Part shown: positions 1 through 12,443 of the stretch, piece by piece
How positions within the stretch are numbered: the stretch's first letter is position 1
How the letters are laid out: every line of letters starts with the position of its first letter
Assembly (NCBI RefSeq): GCF_009914755.1
Contig: NC_060933.1
Length of the DNA: 64,000 nt
Strand: one strand, 5' to 3'
Source: the human T2T-CHM13v2.0 reference genome, Homo sapiens
The notes under the pieces: model-generated
What the model was told of the DNA's origin: nothing
Seen by the model: only the letters and a program-made list of their open reading frames with translations
Database searches by the model: none
Made by a program: the position numbers and the translations under genes

Positions 1-275
1 TATACCACATTTTTACTATACCTTTTCTATGCTTAGATAAGTTAGATGCATACATACTTACCATTGTGTTACAGTTACCTACAGTGTTCAGTACAGTAAC
101 ATGCTATACAGGTTTGCAGCCTAGGAGCACTAGGCTAAACCATGTAGCCTAGGTGTATAGTAGGCTGTATCGTCTAGGTTTGTGTAAGTACACTCTAGGA
201 AGTTTGCACAACAATGAAATCACATAATGACACATTTCTCAGAACGTGTCCCTGTGGTAAAACTATGCATGACTG
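1..275 (+). mobile_element. Tigger3-family (TcMar-Tigger) DNA transposon, 3' end, truncated by window edge
   Basis: Matches recalled Tigger3 end: tgtgtaagtacactcta...catttctcagaacgt...gcatgactg terminal repeat at 267-275. Confidence 0.85.
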
Positions 276-514
276 TGCTGTGCAAGGTGGTAATGAAAAC
301 ACTGTATGTGGGACTAGGGATAAGAGTTGAGCTAGGACTGGAGAAGACAGCTGTCAACAGAAACAGAATCAACCATAGTCCCTGGTACTAGACAGGGAGC
401 AGTGTCTGATGGAGCCAAATTCCAAATGTGGTTGATTGTTCAGAAGTGACAATTCTGCCAGAGATGGTTTGCAATGAACTTGCACTTTCAATTTGAAACA
501 GAGATGGATGTGCA

Positions 515-710
515 TCAGCAAAATCAAGGAAGTGATCACTCCTCTCTACAGGAATAGGATATCACCTTTTCATTTTCATGGGCCCAATATGGACTAAATA
601 TTGCTATGTTTTGCTAGCTGCTGTGTAAGGTGCTGGTGCAGACCAGCCAAGTATACAATGGCTGCACTGCCAGACTGGAGAGTCCAGTGGGAGTTGGCAT
701 CAAGAAGACC
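515..710 (+). mobile_element. Possible L3/CR1 LINE fragment
   Basis: cagcaaaatcaaggaagtgatcactcctctctac and actggagagtccag resemble the CR1/L3 ORF2 3' region; very diverged. Confidence 0.35.
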
Positions 711-2569
711 CATACAGCCCATTAGGCTGCTTGGCTATGGGGGGCTGGCCCGTGGCATGCCACGTGCTGGGTGTGGTAGTCACCAGAAATAGACAGAGGG
801 GCAGAAGGAGGCAGTAGCAGAGGCTGGACCGCTGAGTCCCTGCTTGGGAAGCCCCACAGCCTGGCTGAGGAAGACAGTGTTCATGTACACCCTGCTTCTG
901 TCGGGATTGGCCCAGGGACTTGCGCTAGGCTGAGCCAGCAGGGAGTGGGGCTGCCGGCACAGGCAGCCTCTGTGGTGAGGGCACCAGCAGGGCCCAGATG
1001 GAAACTCTGACCGTGGTGTTAATTCATTCCTCTGTGGTTTTCTGTTCAGGCAAATACCAGTCTCTTGTGGGTTTGTTTAGCTTAAAGCTATTGGCTGTTG
1101 GGGCTAAGGCTCTACATCCTTGATTTCCAAGTCCCTGATTGGCCAAGTTTAAAGGAAGGGATGATCAAGTTGTTGGCTACTGGGAAGGACATAAAGCTTC
1201 GGAGAGCAGTTGAGGAAACCCTACTAATTTCCCCCCGACCTGAGGTACAACCCGGCCTGGAAATGCATTCTGTCCTGCTCATAATACAACACAAGCGTGT
1301 GAGGTTTCAGGGTAGGCAGTGAGCCTGTGTCCTCTCACATGTCTAATGCAACATCTTCTTGGGGAGAATATTGACTCTTCCAAGTGGAAAGCTGGCCTGG
1401 AGCCTCCTAGGAAAGGTGGCAGATGGAGCTTGGTCGATTCATGATACCATAGCGTCTTGTCCGTTTGTTGGATTGAGTATCCCCTGAAGAACTTTCCACA
1501 CCCAAACCTGCCCTGGGACATTCAGTTCAACCCTCTGCAGTGAACTTTGGCCCAAATAGCAAGAGATTTGCTTCCACCAGGGCTTGGCCACAGACCAGCC
1601 GTGTGACTCTGAGATAATTCTCACTCTGTGACTCAATTTCCTCAGCTACTCTTGAGATAATTTTCAACACTGAAAAGAACAACTATTGCTGTAGCCAGAA
1701 ATAAAAACTAGATATTAGTTATGCTAGATATTAAATGCCATCCAAGAGACAGTAAATTTAAGGGCCCCAAAGTGGTTTCAGGTCTCTGAGAGGAATTTAC
1801 TCCCCAGCTTTGGAGAAGAAGCTAAGTGCTGTCCTTCTATTTCTGTCCTGCATTCAAAAAGTCATAAATAGTTAACTGTGTGAGTCCTTTTTTAAAACCT
1901 CCCAGAAGCATCTAAAAATAGCCTCTGGGGGCTCAATGCATATTTCCTCAGGTCCTCCTCTTAATCTTTCAGTATAGGTGGTGACGATTTATTGTTACTG
2001 TCACCTATGGATTTACAGAAACAAAAGCAGCTAGGCTGGAAGGCAAAGAGAGGAAGCTTTTCGTGTGGGAAGGGTCTCTTGGGAAGTGGAACCTAGCATC
2101 AATACAGGGATGAGACATGTCACCTCTCCTTTCCTTGGTTTCCCTGCTAGTAAAAGGAGAGAGAAGGAGAAGTCTGTCTCCCCAGGGTGCAGTAAGAATC
2201 TACCCTCAAGTAGGAAGCTTCAACAGACAAAGCAGAACCTGCCAACAGCCAAATGCTATTATGACAAGTCAAGTCCACACTCATTACATGCCTTTGCAGT
2301 GCATGTCACCCCTGCCGTTTCCTATCTCCAGGCCCAAGTGGGGCCCCTTCTGCCAGTTTTCCAGCCCAGTGGCATGACCGGAGGCTGACTGTCCATCATG
2401 AGCTTGATGGACAAGGGACAGGAACAGCCAAGCCCAGCTCAGCTACCTGCCTGTTCTTTTCAACCATGCCTCTGCTTCCCTTATGCTTAACAGCAGCATA
2501 TAGCACCCCTCTCTGACTCTCAGCCATCTCCTTCAGGCAGGCATCCTTGCAAACAGACCATCAGCCCAG

Positions 2570-2925
2570 GGCGCTCCTATGGACTTAGAAGGAAGGATAG
2601 GGCAGGAACATTCCTGGCGGCCTCCGTGGCCTTGGTCCTCTCTCCTAACAATGCACAGTAATTAGCTGCATCTCGGGCCCCCTGACACCCCTTAACCTGG
2701 AAAATCAGGCAGACTTGTGCGACAGCAATCAGCTCCCAGACACATCCAGCCGTAATGTGATTACGCCATTTACCAAAATGCAAAGAGAGATACTTGAGGC
2801 GTTTCTGATTAGGGCTGACATTATCCCTCTAATGGGACACCGCATTAATCAAAGCTGTTGCTATGACTATGGCGATGGTGGGGAAATAACCCCAGCTTGA
2901 TTCTGGGCCTACCCAATGCCGCCAA
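2570..2925. promoter_or_regulatory. Candidate developmental enhancer (unique sequence)
   Basis: 11 CpGs in ~350 bp; palindrome CGTAAT-GTG-ATTACG 2751-2765; AACAATG 2647, TAATTA 2659, ATCAAAG 2848, TGACA sites. Confidence 0.4.
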
Positions 2926-3649
2926 GGAAGAGGTCAGCTTTTGTTAGGGACATAGCAGAAGAATTGCTTCTTCCTGCTTAAGAAGGGCTTTCTATTGAAA
3001 TTGCACCAGCAGCCAGAAAGACAGGCCTCTGTTTTCTTTCATTACACTGGGATTTTCTGGTGCCATTGCTCAAGATGACTCGATAGCATTGTTCTGGGAG
3101 GGACTGGGATGTGTGTGTGTTGGGGGTGGGGATATGGAGGCTGATTTGTGGGGCTGTCAGAGCCTTCTGCTCTCCAGAACTGTATCTTAATTGCTGGGTG
3201 GCCCCCTGGGAATCATGTAGGGCATGAGAACCTGGGGGCGGGGGAGAAGGATGATCTGTGGAAAAGCCCAGCTTTTCCCATGGCATAAACACTCTGGGCT
3301 TCTGCTGCTTTCTCCATTCCAGAGCCACTAAAGCATTTGGCAGAGACAAGCCTGCACCACACACCCTATGACAAGGCAGATGGAAAAACAGGCGGGAATG
3401 AAATGGATCTGAAAAGCCTGTGTGGAAAACCCCCGGCCTCTACTCCGGGCTGTGGAGAACCCATGAACTACAGGGGAGGGCAGGGGGAGACCAGGTGATG
3501 GGGGCTGGGGATGGGGTCATCAGAACCCCATGATGGCTAGATAGAGGTAAACTGTTCCAAACACCCAAGGCAGCCTTCGCTCCGGTGCAGATACTGAAAG
3601 GGAAATAGAGGTCAGTGATGTGGCATAGCTCCTCCCCCCAGGACAGGGA

Positions 3650-3785
3650 TAGAGCAGTGGAGAAGAATCAAGGAATCTGGTTCTAGTTCAAGTCCTTTCT
3701 GGAATTTTCTCTGAGCTTGGTTTTCCCATCATCAGAGTGGGGTCAATGAAATCTACTCTGCTGTCCTCATAGAGGTGTAAAGGTC
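3650..3785 (+). mobile_element. MIR SINE fragment
   Basis: ctggttctagt...tctctgagcttggttttcccatc MIR core-like sequence. Confidence 0.5.
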
Positions 3786-3831
3786 GGTCAGACCACTTCC
3801 TCTGGGGAAAAGTGATTTGTGAACTCTGGAG

Positions 3832-4006
3832 CACAGATATTCAAACTTGGCTGCATTTGGGAGTCACCTGAAGAGGTTTTTGAAGTTCTGAAGCCGGGGC
3901 CCCAGCATCAGACGTTCTGGTTTCATTGGTCAGAGAGGCGGCAGGGTGTGGGGATTTTTCAAAGCTCCAGGGGATCCTCATGCACAGCCCAGGTTGAGAA
4001 TCACTG
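3832..4006 (+). mobile_element. MER5B-like hAT-Charlie MITE
   Basis: tcaaacttggctgca...gagtcacctg...cagcccaggttgagaatcactg terminal repeat. Confidence 0.75.
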
Positions 4007-4284
4007 CTCACAAGTGCTGTAGGGAGCCGTGCCCTGCCTTTGAGCCTCATTTCCTATATTTTTTAATGAGAATAAAAATTTTTTAAAGTAAAAGGCTTTC
4101 ACGGGAATAAAAGGAAAAAAAAATGTATGTGAAAATGCATAAAGTCGTATATCCTGGATTCCTAATTAATGTTCAGTTCCCTCATTAGAGGCCATTGCCT
4201 CTGTTTCAGGGGAGTCTCGTCCCCAGGGTGAGACCCTGGACAGCACCTTCCCTCTTAGCTGTGTGACTGTGTTCAACTGACTGA

Positions 4285-4480
4285 ATAGCAGCAAGCATTT
4301 ACAGCACCTGAAGCCTTTCACATGCTTGATCTCACTTAATTATAGCAATAACCTGGGGAGGCGGGCATAGATCATTGTTACCACCCTGTGAAGCAACATC
4401 ATAGGTGACTCAGGCAGTCAGTGGTGGAGCTGGGATTTTAGCCCAAATTTGTCTTGTTCCGAAACCGGAGTTCTTTCCAT
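4285..4480 (-). mobile_element. MIR SINE
   Basis: cctttcacatgcttgatctcacttaat...gtggtggagctgggattttagccc, the antisense MIR pattern. Confidence 0.6.
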
Positions 4481-5219
4481 GACCTCCTTGGTTAGAACTG
4501 ACCTGAGTCAATTTTGTCATTCACTGTGTAGATGTAAGAGGTCTTGGGGCCGTAGGTCTCTGCATGTTGTAATGAAAGCAGGTGTCAGATAGAATTCTGC
4601 GATACAGACTTTCATTTATTAGCAAAGCAGGTGCAAAAACAGGCATGTGGCTTGCTCTGTGAGCTCAATGACATCCTGAATCATTGTCCTTTTAGGTGCC
4701 CCAGTAGATCCTCGCATGAAAGCTTCACTCAGGGCAGAGGTGACATTTTTCAGCACCACGATTCAGCTAACCTTGTCATTGAGTCATGAGAAAAAAATTA
4801 GCTGATAATCAGTCTAACAAACACAGAATCCATTGGAGTCATAAACTTATGGCACTGTTCCATTTAATAAACACAGGGAGACAAGTCAGAAGGCTACCAG
4901 AACATTCTAGCCCAGAGTTGACAAAGGCCTTTCCCAATGGCTATGGGGAGGTAGGAAAGGGGTAGGATCATTCACTGAGTCAACCAAATATGTTGAGCAC
5001 TGTACTAGTTTCCTATAACAAAGTACCAAAATGAAGTACCACAAAATCGGTGGCTTACAACAGAAATTTATTTTCTTATTCTGGAGGCTAGAAGTCTGAA
5101 ATTAAGATGTCAGAAGGGCCATGCTCCCTCTGACACCTCTAGGGAAGGATCCTTTCTTGCCTCTCTCCTGGCTTCCTGGTTTCTGGTGGGTGCAGCAATC
5201 CTTCGTGTTCCTTGACTCA
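4406..5219. promoter_or_regulatory. AP-1 (TGA[C/G]TCA) site cluster, candidate enhancer
   Basis: Perfect sites at 4406, 4504, 4780, 4976 and 5213. Confidence 0.4.
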
Positions 5220-6340
5220 TTAATCTCCCTCTCTGCCATCACATCACATGGCTTTCTCCCTGTGTATGTCTGCACCTCTGCATCCTTTCGTCTTCTAATA
5301 AGGACATCAGTCATATTGGATTTAGGGCCTGTTCTAATTCAATATGATCTTAACTAATTATATCTTCGAAACCCTATTTTCAAATAAGGTCACATTCTGA
5401 GGTTCTGCATAGACATAAGTTTGGGGCGACATTATTCAACCCAGTACGGGCACCTACATTACGCCAAGTGCTGTGAAGAAAGAAGGTAAAGGTGAATAAG
5501 CATTTTTCTGCACTTAGGTTGCTCAGCCCCCAGAGAGGGAGACAAGCAGGTTGGTGCCTATTCTGAGAGCAGTAAACACACGTTGCTGGTACAGAGCAGA
5601 TGAAGCATCTCACCCCAAATTAACAGGGTCATGGAAGCAACCACTGAGCTGAATTCTGAAGGCCTGGCAGGAGGTAGCCAAGGCAAGGAGGTCAGAAAGG
5701 CAACAGAGACAGAGGGAGGGACATGTAGGTCCAAGGGTCTGGTTGTAGAGGGAGCAGGATGAGTGCATTGAGGCAAGAATGTGGGGTCTGAGATGGACAA
5801 GTGGTGATGTGTGAAGCCAAACTGTTAGGCAAGGGCAGGTCAGGAAGCATCTCATGTGCCTGTCTAAGAATTTTTTCTGTGGACCACAGGGAGCCATTGG
5901 CATAGTTTAAGCAAGGGAATATTGTAGTCATATTTGCATGTTAGAATAATCACTCTGAAGCAATGAAAAGGGTAAATTGGAAAGGTTAAGAATGTAAATG
6001 GGAAATCTCAGTAAAAGGCAATAAATAATAAGGTCCTGGCGTATGGCCACAACCATGAGGATGGGGAGAAGGGAATTGATTTAATATTTATTCAATACGA
6101 GGGAATCAGTGGATAAATCAAATGGTGGGCATGGAAAAGGAGTCAGTAATAACATCCAAGGTGCTTTGCTGTAGGTTTTTTTAAGCTCAGGTCCTGAGGT
6201 CATCCCTGAGCTATTTGGAAGTGATCAGGACAGAATGCTGGAGAACTTCAACATTTCTGAAGCAGGAGGAGAAAAACCAGCTAGTAAATAATTCAGAGAA
6301 AAAAATAGTCAAGTGACAGGAGAAATGGAATTATACATGG
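4965..6340 (-). mobile_element. L2 LINE 3' portion, interrupted by the MLT1 LTR at 5001-5448
   Basis: L2 tail ttcactgagtcaaccaaatatgttgagcac resumes as cacctacattacgccaagtgctgtg after the LTR; purine-rich L2 body (gggagccattggcatagtttaagcaaggg). Confidence 0.7.
5001..5448 (-). mobile_element. MLT1B/C solo LTR (ERVL-MaLR)
   Basis: tgtactagtttcct...ttctggaggctagaagtctgaaattaag...caaataaggtcacattctgagg...ttcaacccagtac; 5-bp TSD agcac (4996-5000) / ggcac (5449-5453). Confidence 0.85.
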
Positions 6341-6565
6341 GGAGCATTAAGCAGAGAGCCACTGGGACCTAGGCGGAATTAGCACCCAAGTAACAATGTT
6401 AGCCCAACGAGGTGAGTCCCAGGGAAGGAAGAACTCTGGGAAGCTTAGAGACCCAGAAAGAAGGCAGAGTAGGGACAAAGACCACATAACTTTATATTAG
6501 GCAACTTTCCCAACTTGGTATTAAGCCTGGATGTCACCAAGAGCAGTGGGGTCCAGTTCATTTAA

Positions 6566-6677
6566 CAGGGTTTACCAACTGTCAGGTTTGCCCAAGTCTG
6601 TTCCAGTTGAACCCTGAGAGCCTAACATCCTGAGAAACCTTTCTGTCCTGGGAAAACCAGGACATTTGGTCACCCTG
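6566..6677 (+). mobile_element. MER81 hAT-Blackjack MITE
   Basis: Inverted ends cagggtttaccaa / ttggtcaccctg; 112 bp palindromic body. Confidence 0.75.
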
Positions 6678-7235
6678 ATTAGGAAACACTTCCTGAGCAT
6701 CTGCTACATGCCACGTGCTATATTGGATGATATCAAGATTAACAGTGCACAGAGCAGGCTCTTGTGCAGCCCACAGCCTGGTGGAGGGAAATAATGGTTT
6801 ATAAGCTCCTAAAACCTATAGAAGAGTAGGTTGAGATTCCTCTCCTTCACTGCCAAGGGCAAGTTAAAGGAAAATGGTTTGAATATAACTTAGGCCAGGG
6901 ATGAAAAAATGCTCTCTTAACAAAATAAGGCTGTGGTGCATGTTCATAAGTGTATGTTAATAGGAGAAATATTAATTTCTTGTATCAAATTGAGAAGGGC
7001 AGAAGTTATGCTTATTCTGTTTTTTTTTTCTATAATAAAAGAAATGTGAGTTTTCAAGATAGTTTTGTTAAAAGGAGAAAAAATTTCTCTTGTAAAGTTA
7101 AGTACAGTTTGGGGCCAGAAGGAAGGGAAGATATCTACACAGGATAAAATGTGCTTGATTTTATATGCTGCAGGAAAGAATTAGTTACAACTCAAAAAGA
7201 AAAAAACCCTGTCGAGTCTCTCTTTGGTCCCCATG

Positions 7236-7571
7236 TGTAGATAATTTTCCTAGGGCTGCTGTAATAAATTACCACAATCAACGTGGCTTAAAATAACAGA
7301 AATTTATTCTCTCACAGTTCTGGAGGGCAGAAGTCTAAAATCAAGGTGTCCGCAGAACTTTACTCCCTCTGGAGGCTCCAGGGAGATTCTGTTCCTTGCC
7401 TTTCCAGCTTCTGGTGGCTACTGACATCACTTGGCATTCCTTGACTTGTAGCTGCATCAGCTTAAATTTCTGCCCCCATCTTTGCACAACCTTCTTCCCC
7501 ATGTTTCCTTATGTGTCCTCTTCAGTTTGTCTAATCTCCCTCTGCCTGACTCTTATAAAGGCATCTGTCAT
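7236..7571 (-). mobile_element. MLT1C LTR, first part (continues at 14567-14737)
   Basis: ttcctagggctgctgtaataaattaccac...ctcttataaaggcatctgtcat; match stops where the consensus continues tggatttaggg. Confidence 0.85.
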
Positions 7572-7636
7572 AAACTCATTGTAAGTTGAGGAGCATACTG
7601 AATGCATATCACTTTCACACTTAAAGTTGAAAAATC
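7570..7636 (+). mobile_element. MER47/Tigger5-like internal fragment with no terminal repeats
   Basis: aaactcattgtaagttgaggagcatactgaatgcatatcactttcacac..taaagttgaaaaatc matches the recalled MER47 subterminal region. Confidence 0.7.
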
Positions 7637-9281
7637 AAATACAGAGAGATGTCATCAAGATTGCTTACTTGAGGTGCTCTGCACTCACTTCCTCCACAAG
7701 GAAGGATGAAAATACAAATAGATAACCACATGTCAAATAAAATGTCTAAAGAAGAACACCAGAATTCAGCAAGGAAGTGACAAATACCTTTTGAGATAGA
7801 AACTCAGGACAGCAACATGAAGAGGGAAGTACAGCACCCATCCAAGATCAGCTCAGAGCCAAAAGGGACTCCCCAGTGTGGGGGAAAGGTAAGCAGGAAA
7901 TCTCCAGCAGTCCACATTCTCACTTCACATGTCTGCTATCTTAGTTACACGAGAGCCCCCGCTCCCCGACCTTCACAGGCCTTAAGCCCAGTGTAAGGAG
8001 AGGCCTGGAATCCACAAGACTGCATTATTCCAGAGACCAAATTCACACAGAATCACCCCCGACTCCCCAGAACCCAGGCTGCTGCAGCACAACGTAATTT
8101 TGAGAGCAGAGCCATCACCACAGTGCATCCTGCCCTGAGGATCAATAGTCTCTGCATTTCTCCATCCCTGGAGCTCCACTGATATCCCACCACATTTACC
8201 CAGAGGGCTGCAGAGTCAAAAGACCAGCTGAAATGATCAGTACAGCCATATTCCTGGCACCAGATCCCACACAGTACCCTACCTCTTGGGGAACAGGCAG
8301 TCCAGCACAGTTAAGGAGGCTGCCCTCAGGAGAGAGGGAGCTGATGTATGTACTCTCCAGAGCCTGAGAGCCATTTACCCAAGGCCCATTGCCACCAACC
8401 CTGCTCTCTCCAGCATCAAAGCTGCCAAGCACCCATGTATAACCCCCAGGAGCCCAAGAACTGGCCTGCCCAGGGCCTGCTGCTACTGGTAACCATGCCC
8501 TCTTTAACAGGGAAACCACCATGTGCATGTGCATGCCCCCAAGGGCTCAAGGACTGGCCTCCCTGGTGTTCCCAAACCCACCAAAGCCATAACAAAGCTT
8601 CCACAAACAACCACAGCCTAGGCTGCTGAGGCACTTGCAGACACTGCTGACATTGATTATAGCCAAAGAAATTATACAGAGACTACACTACTACACCCAT
8701 CCAGAATCAAAGTCAAAGCACCCTACACAATCAATACTATAGGACACATCTACAGAAAAAGGTCTTACCCTGCAAAAGCTACTCCATAATACTGGAAGAA
8801 CCAAATGTTCCACCAAATGTCAGATATTAACAGAAAACAGAAAACATGAAAAACCAAGGAAACATGACATCTCTAAAGAAACACAATAATTCTCTAGTAA
8901 CAGACCACAAAGAAAAGGAAACCAATGAATGCCTAGAAAGGAATTCAAAATAATGACCTTAAGGAAACTCAGTGAGATATAAGAGAACACAGATAGACAA
9001 TTCAACAAAATCAGAAGAACAACTCATGATCTAAATTTTAAATCCAATAGAGATAAATATCATTTAAAAATGAGCCAAACAAAAGCTTGGAACTGAAGAA
9101 CTTAATGAATAAAATTAAAAATATAACTGTCAGCTTTAACAATAGACTGGATCAAGCAAAAGTTGTTAAAATTTCTGAACTTGAAAACAGTTCTTTTGAA
9201 ATAACATGACCAGAAAAAAAATAAAGAATAAAAAGAATGAAGAAAGCCTATAGGACATATAGTATCATATTAAGCAAAAAA

Positions 9282-9313
<32 letters not shown>

Positions 9314-9814
9314 AGAAAAACACAGAAAAAACAAATTATGAGATTTCAAGAAGACACAAGAAAACACATAGAAAACCTATTTAATAAAATAATACCTGAA
9401 AACTTCCCAAGTCTTGGGAAATATCAGGAGATGCAGATACAGTGAGCTCAAAAGGTTCCTAAATAGATTCAACCCAAAAAGATCCCCTCAAGGCACATCA
9501 CAGCCAAACTGTCAAAAGTTAAAAACAGAGAGAATGCTAAAAACAGCAATAGAAAAGTATCAAGTCACATATAGGGCAGCCCCCATCAGACTAACAGTAA
9601 GTTTCTCAGCAGAAACCTTACAGGTCAAAAAAGAATGAGATGATGTGTTCAAAGTGGTAGATTAAAAAAAAGAAAAAAAAATCCTATCAGCCCAGAATAC
9701 TATATGCAGCAAAAGTATACTTCATAAATAAAGGAGAAATAAAGTCTTTCAGAAAAACAAGCAAAACTGAGGGAATTGATCACCATTAGTCTTGTCATGC
9801 AAGAAATGTGTAAA

Positions 9815-10103
9815 AGCTAGGCATGGTGAATCATGCCTGTAATCTTAGCACTTTGGGAGTCCAAAGCAATAGTATTGCCTGAGCCCAGGGGTTTGAGGCC
9901 AGTTTGGGCAACAAAATGAGATCCCTATCTCTTAAAAAAAAAAATTAGTTAGCCATGATGGTGTGTACCTGTGGTCCCAGCTACTCATGAGACTGAAGTG
10001 GGAGGATCATTTGAGCCCAGGCGGTTAAGGCTGCAGTGAGCCATGATCATGCCTCTGCACTCCAGACTGGGTAACAGAGTGAGACCATGTCTGAAGGAAA
10101 AAA
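9815..10103 (+). mobile_element. AluJ inserted in L1 ORF1 region
   Basis: Dimeric Alu with J features (ggaggatcatttgagcccagg, ggctgcagtgagccatgatc); TSD approximately aaatgtgtaa / acatgtgtaa. Confidence 0.9.
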
Positions 10104-12072
10104 CATGTGTAAGAGAGTCGTGCATCTGGAAGTGAAAGAGCAATAGCTACAATCATGAAAACATATGACTCCCAGGTGGTCAAGAGGTTGGGATAAAAAT
10201 GAAAACACAAAAAACTATAAAATCCACTGGTGGAACAGATAAACAAATGATAAAGAGAATGAAATCAAATGATACTGCTACAGAAAACCTGGCATGGCAG
10301 AAATGACACTAAAACATGGCAGAAATAAACAATAAAATTAGAAAAAAAGAACAAAGAGTATACAAAACAACCAGAAAACAACAAAAGGACAAGAATAAGT
10401 CCTCACCTATAAATAATAACTTTGAATGTCAATGGTTTAAATTCCTCAATTAAAAGATATATTCAAGCCCACCCTTATGGTCAAGAAAAAAAAGATATGT
10501 ATTTATACATTTGTACATTGGCTGAATAAATTTTTTTTTAAAAAAGAAAGAAACAAACAAAAAAAACAAGACCGAACTATGTGCTGCCTACAAGAAACTC
10601 ACTTCAGCTGTAAAGACAATCATGGGCTGAAGGTGAAGGGATGGAAAAAGATATTCCAAGCAACATAAATGAAAAGTGAGCAAAAGAGGCTATATTTACA
10701 TTAGTTAAAATAGACTTTAAGCCTGAAAAAACACATAAGGAAACAAAGAAGGTCATTATATAATGATAAAGAGATCAATTCAGCAAGAGAATGTGACAAC
10801 TCTAAATATATACGTACCCAATACTAGGGCACCTAGATATATAAAGCAAGTATTATTAGAGCTAAAGGGAGAGATAAACCACTATACAACAAGAATTGGA
10901 AACTTCAATGCACCCTGTCAGCATTGGACAGACCATCTGTGCAGAATATCATCAAAGGAACATTGAACTTAAACTGCGCTGTAGACCAACTGGACCTAAC
11001 AAACATTTACAGGACATTTTATCCAATAGTTGCAGAATACACATTTTTCTCATCAGCATATGAAACATTCTTTAGGATAGACCATATGTTGAACTACAAA
11101 ACAAATCTCGACACATTTTTAAAAACTGAAATCCCATCAAATATTTTTTCACATCACGATGGAATAAATAGAAATCAATAACCAGAGGAACTTTCAAAAC
11201 TGTATAAATACATGGAAATTAAACAACATGCTCCTGAACAACCAATGGGTCAATCAAAAAATTAAGAAGGAATCCAACAAATGTTTCAAACAAATAAAAA
11301 TAGGAACACAACATATCAAAACCAATAAGATACAGTAAAAGCAGCACTAGGTTTATAGCAATAAATGCCTGCAGCAGAAAAGTAGAAAGATTTCAAATAA
11401 ATAACCTAATGCAGAACTAAACAAAACAGAGACAAAAAATACAAAAGGTAAACAAGTGAAAAGTTGGTTTTTTGAAAAGATAAACAAAATCAACAAACCA
11501 TTAGCTAGATGGCCTAGGAAAAAGAGATGTTCCAGATAAATAAAATTTAAAAAAATAAAGGAGACTTTACAATTGATACTACAGAAATACAAAGAATCAT
11601 TAAAGACTATGAAGAACAAACACTTAAATTGAATCCAGTGAGATTCAAATCAGGGATACAAGGATGTTTCAACATACACAAATCAATAAATGTGATACAT
11701 TGCATCTATAGAATGAAAGACAAAAACCATATGATCATCTCAATAAATGCAGAAAATTCACCTGATAAAATCCCACATCCCTTCATAATAAAAAGAGCCA
11801 ACAAATTAGATATAGAAGAAACATACCTCAACATAATAAAGGCTATATATGACAAACCCACATCAAACATCATTCTGAATGGGAGAAAGTTGAAAGTTTT
11901 TCTCTTTTAAGAAATAGAACAGTTAAAAAAAACAAGCCCACTTTCACTACTCTTATTCAACATAGTACTCGAAGTCCTAGCCAGAGTCAGCCAAGTGAAA
12001 GAAATAAAGCACATTCAAATTGGAAAAGAGGAGGTCACATTGTCCCTGTTTGCAGATTATGTGACTTCATAG

Positions 12073-12443
<371 letters not shown>

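Noticed and set aside
2065-3364. 107-aa and 128-aa ORFs
   Set aside because: No family similarity and no convincing exon structure.
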